Source: a candidate division WS6 bacterium GW2011_GWE2_33_157 (GTDB lineage: Bacteria > Patescibacteriota > Dojkabacteria > SC72). From it: a stretch of DNA of 41,417 nucleotides. Made by a program: the position numbers and the translations under genes. Positions 1 to 9,924 of this stretch are shown one piece after another; the stretch's first letter is position 1; the number at the start of each line of letters is the position of its first letter. The notes under the pieces are model-generated. The model was given only the letters and a program-made list of their open reading frames with translations, ran no database searches and had not been told where the DNA came from. The stretch is taken from positions 1 to 41,417 of the forward strand of contig LBOT01000001.1 of the NCBI GenBank assembly GCA_000989675.1, written 5' to 3'.

Positions 1-597
1 AGTCGGATTGTTTCATGGATTGACAGGATACTTGGGTATGTTACGAACGAGTCCTTATTATCATTCTATGTGAAAGTTGGCGTCAATATAACGAAAATTG
101 AGCATTCAAAAACATCGCCATTAAAAGCTTTTTCATCAAAACCAAAAACATGGAAAATACCCCCTATTAAGAACATAGATAGGGAACACGTTTTCTTACA
201 ACACCTCCTTTATCAAAAAAATATTTCTCTCGATAAAAAGTTTGAGCTTAAAATTTTTGAAAACAAAAATATTTTAGAAATTTTGGCGTTTGTAAAACAG
301 AACCCTAATTGTAGTAGGAATGATATAGTGAAAAAATTCGAAGAAAATCGCGATATAAAAGACATAATTGAGCAAAGTATCTTTACGTTCTCTCTAGATG
401 AGAGTAATAGTGTAGAATTAGATAATATTTATGAAAATTTAGTAAAAGAATATTACAAGAGAAAAGAGCGTGATTACAATGTTAAAATAGCAATAGCAGA
501 GAAAACAGGTAACCAAAAAGAGAGTGAGAAGTTACTAGAAGGGTTTCAAAATTTAACTAAAGAGAAACAAAAATATGAACAAAGTAGCCAATTATGA
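1..597 (+). CDS. dnaG: C-terminal part of probable DNA primase (5'-truncated by the window edge)
   Basis: Frame 1 is open from base 1 (SRIVSWIDRILGYVTNESLLSFYVKVG...). The helical C-terminus (KIAIAEKTGNQKESEKLLEGFQNL) resembles the DnaB-binding tail of primase. No catalytic motif lies in the window. Confidence 0.55.
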   Translation, partial: SRIVSWIDRILGYVTNESLLSFYVKVGVNITKIEHSKTSPLKAFSSKPKTWKIPPIKNIDREHVFLQHLLYQKNISLDKKFELKIFENKNILEILAFVKQNPNCSRNDIVKKFEENRDIKDIIEQSIFTFSLDESNSVELDNIYENLVKEYYKRKERDYNVKIAIAEKTGNQKESEKLLEGFQNLTKEKQKYEQSSQL

Positions 598-1501
598 CAC
601 ATTAGATTACGATTACAGTACATATTGGAAGAAAAGAGAATATGAACATCAATCAGAACAATTAGTACTAAAGAAACTCTTTAAGAATATTAAGAATGGT
701 AAATGGTTTATAGATATCGGAGGATCATATGGAAGATTGTTACCTTCCTACTATGATATTTACTCCAACCCCATTATCGTAGATTACTCACTTAAAACTC
801 TTCAAAAGAACTACGAACATATTAGAAAGGATTTCCCTCGTGTTGAATTAATAGCGGCAAATGCATATTTCTTACCATTTAAATCAAATACTTTTAATGG
901 TGGGTTAATGGTTAGGGTATTACACCATCTTGACAGGCCACTAGAGTACTTTAAAGAGATATATCGAGTAATGTCACCCAATGGCATATATATACAAGAA
1001 TTTGCTAACAAGGCACATATAAAGGCCGTACTGAGAGCCTTATTCAAATTAGACTTTTCTGTATTTAACAAAGAGCCATATCAACAACCAAAGAAAGGTA
1101 ATGATGAAGGGGCAAAGAGAGGTGCCTATGTACCATTTCTAAACTATCACACAAGTTGGATACAGGAGAAATTAAAAGATCTTGGATTTAAGATAGGAAG
1201 GAAATATGGGTGTTCATTTTTAAGATTAAATATATTTAAGAAACTGTTTAAGACAAGGACATTACTCTTCTTTGAAAAGATATTTCAAACCGCCTTTTCA
1301 TGGGTAAATATCTCTCCAAGTATATTTATTAAATCTATTGCAGAGAAAGAGATAACTGAAAAAGAATACTCTGAATTAAATCAAATACTTGCATGCCCTA
1401 AATGTAAAGGAAATCTCGAGATATCAAGTACAAAGGCAATCTGTACTCATTGTAAGAAAGAGTTTAACAAAAATGAAAATATTTGGGATTTCAGAATATA
1501 A
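575..1501 (+). CDS. Class I SAM-dependent methyltransferase with C-terminal Trm112-like zinc knuckle
   Basis: Motif I FIDIGGSYGR, ANAYFLPF, VRVLHHL and EIYRVMSPNG; C-terminal ILACPKCKGNL...CTHCKKEF...IWDF. Confidence 0.85.
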   Translation: MNKVANYDTLDYDYSTYWKKREYEHQSEQLVLKKLFKNIKNGKWFIDIGGSYGRLLPSYYDIYSNPIIVDYSLKTLQKNYEHIRKDFPRVELIAANAYFLPFKSNTFNGGLMVRVLHHLDRPLEYFKEIYRVMSPNGIYIQEFANKAHIKAVLRALFKLDFSVFNKEPYQQPKKGNDEGAKRGAYVPFLNYHTSWIQEKLKDLGFKIGRKYGCSFLRLNIFKKLFKTRTLLFFEKIFQTAFSWVNISPSIFIKSIAEKEITEKEYSELNQILACPKCKGNLEISSTKAICTHCKKEFNKNENIWDFRI

Positions 1502-2229
1502 TGAAAGCTAAAAGGTCTTTAGGACAAAACTTCTTTATTAATAATAACCTAGGAGAATACATCGTAGAGAAGGTAAAAACCAGTAATACAAAATCAGTAA
1601 TTGAAATAGGTCCAGGATTAGGCTTCTTTACTCAAAGATTAATCAATGTTTTTGAAAATGTAACAGTAATTGAAAAAGATAGTGAATTAGCTAATAACTT
1701 AAGACTACAATTCCCAAATATCTCTGTAATAAATGAAGATTTTTTGAATTTCGATCTAAACCAAATAATGGAAATCCCTTCTACATACTTTGGGTCTCTT
1801 CCATACAATGTATCAAAACCAATTGTAAAGAAAATAGTTGAAAGTAAAAGTTTTACTAACCCGGCATATTTTATAATTCAAAAGGAAGTAGCAGAAAAAT
1901 ATATATACAAAAAACCATATTCAACACTCTCATTAACCACACATATCTATTCTAATTGTAAAAAAATACTAGATATATCACCAGATTCATTTAAACCAAA
2001 ACCACATGTAAATAGTACCCTTATATCGTTCATACCGAAAGAAATAAATATTCAAAACATTCCTCTGTTAAAAGATTTGATTACACTCTCTTTCAGACAC
2101 CCTAGGAAAAATCTTTTAAACAATCTTAAAGGAACAAAGTTTCAAAATGGGTCTCAACTATACAAAACATACAGACCATCAGATCTCTCTTTGGATCAAT
2201 ATATTGAAATCCTTAAATATTCACTCTAG
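1501..2229 (+). CDS. rsmA: 16S rRNA m6,2A dimethyltransferase
   Basis: KRSLGQNFF, VIEIGPGLG, SLPYNVS, IQKEVA and FKPKPHVNS motifs. ATG at 1501 overlaps the upstream TAA. Confidence 0.95.
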   Translation: MKAKRSLGQNFFINNNLGEYIVEKVKTSNTKSVIEIGPGLGFFTQRLINVFENVTVIEKDSELANNLRLQFPNISVINEDFLNFDLNQIMEIPSTYFGSLPYNVSKPIVKKIVESKSFTNPAYFIIQKEVAEKYIYKKPYSTLSLTTHIYSNCKKILDISPDSFKPKPHVNSTLISFIPKEINIQNIPLLKDLITLSFRHPRKNLLNNLKGTKFQNGSQLYKTYRPSDLSLDQYIEILKYSL

Positions 2230-2250
2230 TCTTCTGATATAATCAGGAAG

Positions 2251-2703
2251 ATGAAAACAAAGAAAGAAGAGAAACAAAAACAACTAAACTTTGGTTTAAA
2301 AAACTCCCCACAAAATATATACTTTAAATATAAAGATCAATACGAAGTTTGGTTAGCTGGGCTTGAAACAAAAAAGTTTATGAAGGATATTCTAACCTGG
2401 TTTACAATAATCCTATCAATAACCTTTATTTTTACTGAAATATATCTAATAGAGACACACGAGCAATTACCATCTAGGATACCAATATTTAATTACTTTA
2501 TTAACTCTTCAAAAAGGTTAACAGTAAACGAATTAATATATTTATACCCATTTTTAAGTACATTAATGCTCATATTTACAACCATTACAGCAAATCACTA
2601 CTATCACAAAGAAAGATCTTTATCTAAAATCCTCTTAGTAGTAATGCTACTTGTAAATCTCTCTCTATGTTTAATATTTTTGAAATTACTTTATACATTC
2701 TAA
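2251..2703 (+). CDS. Hypothetical membrane protein (3 TM)
   Basis: 150-aa ORF with three hydrophobic segments, preceded by TGATATAAT. Confidence 0.7.
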   Translation: MKTKKEEKQKQLNFGLKNSPQNIYFKYKDQYEVWLAGLETKKFMKDILTWFTIILSITFIFTEIYLIETHEQLPSRIPIFNYFINSSKRLTVNELIYLYPFLSTLMLIFTTITANHYYHKERSLSKILLVVMLLVNLSLCLIFLKLLYTF

Positions 2704-2709
2704 TAACAT

Positions 2710-3918
2710 ATGGATATATCAATACCTTCTAAAATTTTAGAAAAGATTCTTAAGATAAATGATTTCTCAATATCAACACAGTATGATAAATATCTTAATT
2801 ACTGGCCACTCCTGTTAGCTGGATTCCTTTTTGCAATACTTTTTGTTCCAATTATTGGGAAAATAGCAAAAAAATGGGGAGTAACATACCAGCCTAAAAC
2901 AAAACGAAAAGGAAGAGAGTTTGATAATGCTGAGAAGGCAATACATGAAGTAGAAACTCCAGCATTAGGTGGTTTAGCTGTAACACTACCCATTTTAATT
3001 GCAATACCCATACTTTTTAAGCTAGATGCTTTAACAATACCCATTTTAATCGCATCTGCTATCTTAGTAATTGGATCAACACTAGATGACATTTTTAACT
3101 TACCAGCAAAAGTTCAACTTGGATATCAATTACTAGCAGCATCAACAATTGCAGTATCAATAATCGATTTGTCTAGTATTAGTTTCTTTGCAGACGACTT
3201 ACTTAATCTTACAAGTGCAACATGGAGTACTACAATTCTCTCAATACCACTTTCCTTTGTATTCCCAGGCGATTTAATACTAATTGTATGGATTTTCCTT
3301 TGTATTAATTCTGTAAAATGGGTAGGTGGATCTCCTGGTCTTATTGAATCATACTCTCTTAATATATTCATATTACTCTTCTTAATAGCTGTAAGAACCT
3401 TTTCCCTCTTTACATCTACATTAAGTATACTAATTGCAGGTTCCCTTTTAGGATTACTTTACTTTGCATTTCCACCTCCAAAAATTATGTCTGGTTCTTC
3501 AGGGAAAACTGCATACGGTTTCTTTATCAGTGTTTTGGCTTTAATAAGTGGAGTTAAGTTCTCAACAACCATAATGCTACTTGCTTTACCAATAATTGAT
3601 GCTCTCTATGTAATTCTCTACAGATATATAAAGTATAAACCTAAAAATCCAATTGAATTAATAAAAATTAATGATACCTCACACTTTCATCATAGACTTT
3701 TAGCATTAAATTTATCTACTAAACAAACTCTTTTGATAGAAACTTCAATTTCAATTTTAATTGGTTCATTGGCTATACTTACAACAGGGGCAATGAGATA
3801 TTTTGCATTAATATTCAGTCTCGCATTAGTAATTGGTTTAATAGTATTTATAAATTACAAGGCAAATAAGAAAGAAATTGAGAAAGAAAGATCTCCAGAA
3901 TCGAAATACTCATATTAG
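2710..3918 (+). CDS. MraY/WecA (glycosyltransferase family 4) polyprenyl-phosphate sugar-1-P transferase-like protein with degenerate motifs
   Basis: IHEVETPALGGLA, TLDD, FPPPKI, LPIIDA and HFHHRL; about 11 TM segments. Confidence 0.85.
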   Translation: MDISIPSKILEKILKINDFSISTQYDKYLNYWPLLLAGFLFAILFVPIIGKIAKKWGVTYQPKTKRKGREFDNAEKAIHEVETPALGGLAVTLPILIAIPILFKLDALTIPILIASAILVIGSTLDDIFNLPAKVQLGYQLLAASTIAVSIIDLSSISFFADDLLNLTSATWSTTILSIPLSFVFPGDLILIVWIFLCINSVKWVGGSPGLIESYSLNIFILLFLIAVRTFSLFTSTLSILIAGSLLGLLYFAFPPPKIMSGSSGKTAYGFFISVLALISGVKFSTTIMLLALPIIDALYVILYRYIKYKPKNPIELIKINDTSHFHHRLLALNLSTKQTLLIETSISILIGSLAILTTGAMRYFALIFSLALVIGLIVFINYKANKKEIEKERSPESKYSY

Positions 3919-3959
3919 CTTGTAGACAAAAGATTGTGCCTTGCATATAATAAAACCAT

Positions 3960-4610
3960 ATGAAAAAATGGAAATCTGCCCTGATAATGCTATCCATTAT
4001 CATTTTAATATCGACATTCCTCTTTTTTGTACCACTTGATGGTATTATCAAATATCTCCCTATCTTAAATAGTTTTTACAAAAATACTACGTTGGAAATT
4101 ACTACTCCCAACGGTAAATCTACAGTAAAAATAGATGGTAAAGAGTATGGAGAAACACCTACAAACATTCAAAATTTAATAGCAGGTGAGTACGAAATCG
4201 AATTAAGCAGAACATCAGCTGTCGAAGGATATTACAAGCCACATATATTTAATGTTGTGCTTACAAAAAATAGTACTTCAAGGATAAATATGGAGATAGG
4301 GCCTGATGATTCTCTACACGGAGTAGTTCTTTACTATACCCAAGACTTAATTGGTACAAAAGGAAAAGGAAAAATTACATTAACAACAAATAGTGAGAAC
4401 GCTAAAATATATACCGATGATGATTTCTTAAAATCTGCACCTGTTAGTAACCTTGATATGAATGTAGGAGAGTATAAAATGACAGTAACGGCCGAAAACT
4501 ATCAAGACCTAAAATTTCAGATAGTTGTTAGGGAGGGGTATATACTAAACATAAAGGGATATCTTCTTCCTAATCCTGTAAACTTTGAGATAGTACCATC
4601 TGATGGATAA
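3960..4610 (+). CDS. PEGA-domain surface protein
   Basis: N-terminal TM anchor; two PEGA-like repeats (STVKIDGKEYGETP...GEYEIEL; NAKIYTDDDF...GEYKMTVTAENY). Confidence 0.8.
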   Translation: MKKWKSALIMLSIIILISTFLFFVPLDGIIKYLPILNSFYKNTTLEITTPNGKSTVKIDGKEYGETPTNIQNLIAGEYEIELSRTSAVEGYYKPHIFNVVLTKNSTSRINMEIGPDDSLHGVVLYYTQDLIGTKGKGKITLTTNSENAKIYTDDDFLKSAPVSNLDMNVGEYKMTVTAENYQDLKFQIVVREGYILNIKGYLLPNPVNFEIVPSDG

Positions 4611-7605
4611 TACAAATTTAACAAAAATAAAGGGACAGACACCAATCTCCATAATAGTTCATGGAGGCAATTATACTAGTTTCCTTCTAGCAAAAACCTT
4701 ACTTGAACAAGGTAGTCATGTTGTAATAATAGATAAATATACTAATAGCTCAAAACAGTATTTTACTGATTTAAAGAAGACTGGGAAGGTAAGCTTTATC
4801 GATTTCAAAGGTTTAAAAAGTTTTTATGAGAAAATAGCAAGAATAGATTATCTCTACTACATGCTAGGACAGAAAGTGGAAGATAATGGACATTTTGATA
4901 GTAAAGATTTCCTTGCAGAAACAGACTATCTAAACAGTAGTTTAACTGCTGCAAATAAATACAAAGCTAAAATTTCTCTAGTTACCTCTATGAGGCTAAA
5001 TAGGGAGTTGGCGAATAGAGTTAATAATGAAGTAACTGGAAAAACTAAACCTTACTCCCCACTAGAATTACAAAGATATGGTGAAAATTTTGCTGCAGAG
5101 TTTGTAGATAAAACAAAAGCGAATTTAAGAATAATCCGACTTGGAACATTACTTGGAAAAAGAATAAACAATATTACCGATAGTATATTAGATAAGCTCT
5201 TTACTGATTCAACGCAGAAACACCAAATTGAAATAGAGGGAGAAGGGTTAGAATTACACAATTTAATACATGAGAGTGATGCAATATATGGGATACTGAA
5301 ATTAACATTTACAGATGATACTAAAGGAGAGGTAATCTCTTTGTGTAATAGGAATGATTACTCAACCCTTTCTTTGGCATACAAATTACTTGAATTAGAT
5401 GTTGAAGCAAGGGCAATTAAATTTGTTGAGAAACAAAGTACAGATACCGTATTACAAGATTTGTATGTACCTGCACCTAATGCAGAACAGTTCGGATGGA
5501 AACAGAATGTGTCTCTTGAAGAAAGTATCATAGAACAAATACAAGCATACTACGAGAAATCAGATAAGAAGTGGGATGCCGATAAAGTGAACAATATTAA
5601 GAAATACAAAGCACAGGATAATATTGCTACTACATCAAAAACGAAATTAGGAAGGTTTGTATATAACATTACAGCTCCATTTAGAAAGTTAGGTAATCCA
5701 AAAGATGTAATAAGTACGTTAAATTACACAACTATTCTACGGAATATAACCATCACCTCTCTCTCTCTTCTTGTAATCTACTTCTTAATAGCTCCAATAA
5801 TTGGTATTACACTTGGTTCTGCACTCATATACAAAGATAGTAAAACATTAAGAGATTCTCTTGAGGAACTTAATTTCGATAAGCTTCAACAAAGTACTTC
5901 CAATATATCTTCAAATATTTCAAGGGTTGAAAACAATCTAAATAGAATATATTGGGTATTTAAATTAACAAATGGTGTTAATGAATACAGAAATATCAAT
6001 CAAATAGTAGAAGGAACTGGATATGCAATGGATAGTGCACAAGACCTTGTGGTAGGTTTAAGACCCCTTGGAGAGTATATTAAAGACTTTGAACCGGCAG
6101 TAGGTTTTGGTGAGGAGAAGCAAAACAGTAGAGAGTATACAGAATACTTAAAAGCAATTGATGATAACCAATACAGTGTAAAAGAGGGAATATACAAAAT
6201 GTCTCTAGCACAGAATTTAATAGATAGTGTAGATACAAAAGATATTCCAAAATTTTTACAGGAGTATGTACTACAATATAAAGATTTGATAAACGATGTA
6301 AATACAACTGTAAAACCCTTAGAAAAGGTTACCCAATTTTTACCTGATCTTTTAGGTGTAAATGAAAGGAAAAGATATTTAATACTTACACAAAATGAGG
6401 GAGAAATACGAAGTACAGGAGGATGGATTTCTACATATGCAATTGTTGCAATAGAGGGGGGACAAATAAGGGAGATGTTTGTTGATGATATATACAATGG
6501 AGATGGAGCATTAAAGTTACAAGGTGTTACACACAAGACTCCAAACTCTATGATTAGAGCACTTGCAGATGTACCATATACATTCTCTTTGGTAAACTGG
6601 GATCCTAATCTAGACAATGTAATGCTGTCAGCTGAGCAATTTATCTACGACCTTGGAAAAGGAAATGAAATCGATGGTTTAATTACCATGGATACCCTCT
6701 TTTTAGAGAAACTCTTAGATAAATGGGAGGGTATAGAGGTACCAGGAGAAACAGAGTTAATTACATCTAGCAACCTTTACACGAAGATATTTGAAATGCA
6801 AACAGAATTCATGCCTACTTCAACACGAAAATCTATCTTTTTAACAGACTTAACAAATGAAATACTCACAAAAGTTCTCTCTTCAAAATTAGTAGACTAT
6901 AGAGATATAGGGGACATTCTTGAAGAATCATTAACTGAAAAACATATTCAAGTTACATTCAAAAATTCAACAGCAAAATCATATACAGATAGTATGGGGT
7001 GGGACGGAAATATAGATTCAAAGTATCAAAATACTCCTGTTAATATAGATTGGAACTGGGGAGCAAATAAAGCAAACCTCTACATTAAGAAAAATCATAC
7101 ACTAGATATAGATATTAAAGATGAAAATACCATCGATTATAAATACCAAATAGCTATACAAAACGATTCAACATCAAACGAATTCCCTCAGGGAGAGTAT
7201 GTAAACTATGTGAGAGTATTGTTACCAAGTAGTGCAAATATTATGAGTATAAAGGGGTTAAAGGATAATAAATATGATGTGTACAATGAATATGGATACA
7301 AGGTTGTAGGAGGATGGTTTAATACCCCTATTAAAGAAACAAGTACTTTAGAAATTTCATATCGTATATTAAGAGATGAAAGTGGTTTAAGTTTCCCTCT
7401 TGTAAAAACAGATACCCATTTTGATATGGATATTAATATTTATAAACAGCCAGGGAGTAAAAAAGATGCATATAATCTATCACTAAAATTCCCTGAAACG
7501 TGGGAAATAGAGGAAAGTGAAGGAATGACTAGAATTGAGAACAATGTAAATAGAAGACTAGAACTCTCTTCGGATCAATATTTCAACCTATCGTGGAAAA
7601 GATAG
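4603..7605 (+). CDS. Fusion of a degenerate NAD-dependent epimerase/dehydratase domain, a TM segment and a DUF4012 extracellular domain
   Basis: N-terminal Rossmann-like IIVHGG...LAKTLLEQGSHVVIID, RIIRLGTLLG, LIHESDAI, FGWKQNVSLEE. TM at about aa 385-410. DUF4012-like YLILTQNEGEIRSTGGW, NWDPN, GANKAN, YVNYVRV, KQPG. Confidence 0.8.
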   Translation: MDNTNLTKIKGQTPISIIVHGGNYTSFLLAKTLLEQGSHVVIIDKYTNSSKQYFTDLKKTGKVSFIDFKGLKSFYEKIARIDYLYYMLGQKVEDNGHFDSKDFLAETDYLNSSLTAANKYKAKISLVTSMRLNRELANRVNNEVTGKTKPYSPLELQRYGENFAAEFVDKTKANLRIIRLGTLLGKRINNITDSILDKLFTDSTQKHQIEIEGEGLELHNLIHESDAIYGILKLTFTDDTKGEVISLCNRNDYSTLSLAYKLLELDVEARAIKFVEKQSTDTVLQDLYVPAPNAEQFGWKQNVSLEESIIEQIQAYYEKSDKKWDADKVNNIKKYKAQDNIATTSKTKLGRFVYNITAPFRKLGNPKDVISTLNYTTILRNITITSLSLLVIYFLIAPIIGITLGSALIYKDSKTLRDSLEELNFDKLQQSTSNISSNISRVENNLNRIYWVFKLTNGVNEYRNINQIVEGTGYAMDSAQDLVVGLRPLGEYIKDFEPAVGFGEEKQNSREYTEYLKAIDDNQYSVKEGIYKMSLAQNLIDSVDTKDIPKFLQEYVLQYKDLINDVNTTVKPLEKVTQFLPDLLGVNERKRYLILTQNEGEIRSTGGWISTYAIVAIEGGQIREMFVDDIYNGDGALKLQGVTHKTPNSMIRALADVPYTFSLVNWDPNLDNVMLSAEQFIYDLGKGNEIDGLITMDTLFLEKLLDKWEGIEVPGETELITSSNLYTKIFEMQTEFMPTSTRKSIFLTDLTNEILTKVLSSKLVDYRDIGDILEESLTEKHIQVTFKNSTAKSYTDSMGWDGNIDSKYQNTPVNIDWNWGANKANLYIKKNHTLDIDIKDENTIDYKYQIAIQNDSTSNEFPQGEYVNYVRVLLPSSANIMSIKGLKDNKYDVYNEYGYKVVGGWFNTPIKETSTLEISYRILRDESGLSFPLVKTDTHFDMDINIYKQPGSKKDAYNLSLKFPETWEIEESEGMTRIENNVNRRLELSSDQYFNLSWKR

Positions 7606-7950
7606 CTATATAACGATAGAATCTTTACTCTTTAAATATAAATAAACATCTAATATCTCTCCAACCGAAGTTTCTTTCCTTGATGCAAATTTCCCTATCT
7701 CTTCTACATCTAAATCCGTATTGATTGGCATCCTGTTACTAATTCCCATTGGTTTAATAAATGTTGCAATATGGTTAGATTTACAATTTGAACAAGAGAA
7801 GTGTATAATACTGGACAGATTTGTGTCCTGAATTATTTCTAAATCACTTCCAGTATAAGGAGTTCCACATTTATCACAAAACTTAGCAATCATATCAATA
7901 AAAAACTGCTTCTTCTCATCTAAATTGTTTTTACTAAGGGACTTTGTCAT
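7606..7950 (-). CDS. Small zinc-ribbon hypothetical protein
   Basis: CDKC...CSNC pairs; divergent from rpoD with its own TGGTATAAT 7 nt upstream of ATG. Confidence 0.7.
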   Translation of the reverse strand: MTKSLSKNNLDEKKQFFIDMIAKFCDKCGTPYTGSDLEIIQDTNLSSIIHFSCSNCKSNHIATFIKPMGISNRMPINTDLDVEEIGKFASRKETSVGEILDVYLYLKSKDSIVI

Positions 7951-7976
7951 ATATTAAATTATACCATAATAAATAA

Positions 7977-9065
7977 ATGAGTAATCCGTCTTCAAAATCA
8001 AAATATATAAAGGAGTTAGTTAAAAAAGGGAAAGAACAAGGGTTTCTTTCCCAAGAAGACATCCTTGAGATATTTCCAACCATTGAGGAAGATATTTCCC
8101 TTTTAGATCAGATATTTAAGGAACTACAAGAGAACGATATAGAAGTACTAGAGCCAGAAGAAGATTTAGTAAAAAGTTCTGAAGAACTTACATTAGAAAA
8201 AAAGATTAGAATACTTAAAACTATTCAATCAAGTATTTCTACTGATGCAATAAGGTCATATCTTTATGAAATTGGAAAGATTCCTCTCCTTACCGCAGAA
8301 GAAGAGGTAATACTTGCAAAAAGAATTGAAGATGGGGATAAGGAAGCGGGACAACTTTTAATTACAGCTAATCTTAGATTAGTTGTAAGCATCGCAAAAA
8401 AATACAGTAAAAGTGGCTTAGAATTACTAGACTTAATACAAGAAGGAAACATCGGATTAATGAGAGCTGTGGAGAAATTTGATTACCACAAAGGCTTTAA
8501 ATTCTCTACATATGCTACTTGGTGGATAAGGCAAGCTATTACGAGGGCAATTGCTGATCAGGCAAGAACTATTCGTGTGCCAGTACATATGATTGAAACC
8601 ATTAACAAATTCAATAAGGTAAATAGTACATTAACCACAAGACTTGGAAGACAACCAACTGATGAAGAAATTGCAAAAGAAATGGATATTGAATTAGAGA
8701 AAATAGCAGAAATAAGAAAGATAAAACAAAATCCATCCTCTCTTGCAACACCAATAGGAGATGAGAAAGATAGTAAATTACAAGATATTCTTCCTGATGA
8801 ATGGTCTCAAAGCCCGGAAGATTATGCTACGGCTGAATACTTAAAGAATCAACTAAAAGACATCCTTGACTCTCTACAAGATAGAGAAAGAAGAGTTCTT
8901 TCTTTAAGATTTGGCTTAACAGATGGAGTAACAAGAACTTTAGAAGAGGTTGGTAGAGAATTTGGAGTAACAAGAGAAAGAATTAGACAGATAGAAGCAA
9001 AAGCATTAAAGAAGCTAAAGGACAAATCTTCTGAAAAGAAATTGGATGACTACATTAATACCTAA
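7977..9065 (+). CDS. rpoD: Primary sigma factor (sigma70/SigA)
   Basis: [92 protein letters not shown]. Confidence 0.98.
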   Translation: MSNPSSKSKYIKELVKKGKEQGFLSQEDILEIFPTIEEDISLLDQIFKELQENDIEVLEPEEDLVKSSEELTLEKKIRILKTIQSSISTDAIRSYLYEIGKIPLLTAEEEVILAKRIEDGDKEAGQLLITANLRLVVSIAKKYSKSGLELLDLIQEGNIGLMRAVEKFDYHKGFKFSTYATWWIRQAITRAIADQARTIRVPVHMIETINKFNKVNSTLTTRLGRQPTDEEIAKEMDIELEKIAEIRKIKQNPSSLATPIGDEKDSKLQDILPDEWSQSPEDYATAEYLKNQLKDILDSLQDRERRVLSLRFGLTDGVTRTLEEVGREFGVTRERIRQIEAKALKKLKDKSSEKKLDDYINT

Positions 9066-9301
9066 TCAGGATTTAGCTCAAAGAATACAGAAGGTAATAC
9101 AGGGAAACTACTCCTTATTCTCCCAGACATTGTATCTAATACCTCCTCGTCAAACGAAGGTTTTAAAGGTTTTGTATACATCTCTGCATTAGGATTTAAG
9201 GTTGAGAAAACCCTGTCAGAAAGTAATTCAACACCACCCCATACTATTAGTAGCATTATAGACAGCAATATTATTAAGAAATATTTTCTAAAGATTTGCA
9301 T
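9062..9301 (-). CDS. Small single-TM protein at the end of the pilN/pilO-like operon
   Basis: 79 aa, N-terminal TM, tightly coupled to the upstream gene. Confidence 0.65.
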   Translation of the reverse strand: MQIFRKYFLIILLSIMLLIVWGGVELLSDRVFSTLNPNAEMYTKPLKPSFDEEVLDTMSGRIRSSFPVLPSVFFELNPD

Positions 9302-9304
9302 CTT

Positions 9305-9922
9305 TTAATCATAAAAATTTACATTCTCAATATGGTAAATCATCAATTGTAATGAATAATTGGTATTCCCATTCTCATCTAAGTCACTACCATAATTAAT
9401 ACTTTCAATAACAGGATACATAGGCATAGCTTCTAAATCTTTAAGCAAATTCATTAGATATACCTTCTTTCCAGACACAGAAATTCTAACAGAATACGGT
9501 TCTAAAGAGGCAGTTTTAATATCAAAACCCTCTTTCTTATACTCAGAAAAACCTATGGAATCTAATATAAAGTTATTTCTGGTAACAACCGCATCCATAT
9601 TTGAAAGAAGTAAGCTAAAGTTTAACGATGTAGGAAATACTAAAGACAAATCATCAAATGTTGATTCCTGTTCGTTATACTGTTCATCTAAACTTGTCAA
9701 AGCTTTTAACTTGTCCTTCAAAGCTACTGTAATCCTTTCCTTTTCTTTAATTTCATCACTAATAGTAAAAACTGTTTTAATAGTAGGTACTACTGCAAAA
9801 ACAATTAGTAATGTACCAAATATAAATGTTAACCCTGTGAATATTAACTCCGCCTGTTTAGAAGGTCCATCCTTAATTATCTTTACATATTCAACTTTAG
9901 AACTTTTCGCTAATCCTGCCAT
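9305..9922 (-). CDS. pilO: Type IV pilus alignment protein PilO-like
   Basis: TM, coiled coil, then ferredoxin-like domain (VRISVSGKKVYLMNLLKDLEAMPMYPVIESI). Confidence 0.7.
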   Translation of the reverse strand: MAGLAKSSKVEYVKIIKDGPSKQAELIFTGLTFIFGTLLIVFAVVPTIKTVFTISDEIKEKERITVALKDKLKALTSLDEQYNEQESTFDDLSLVFPTSLNFSLLLSNMDAVVTRNNFILDSIGFSEYKKEGFDIKTASLEPYSVRISVSGKKVYLMNLLKDLEAMPMYPVIESINYGSDLDENGNTNYSLQLMIYHIENVNFYD

Positions 9923-9924
9923 TG

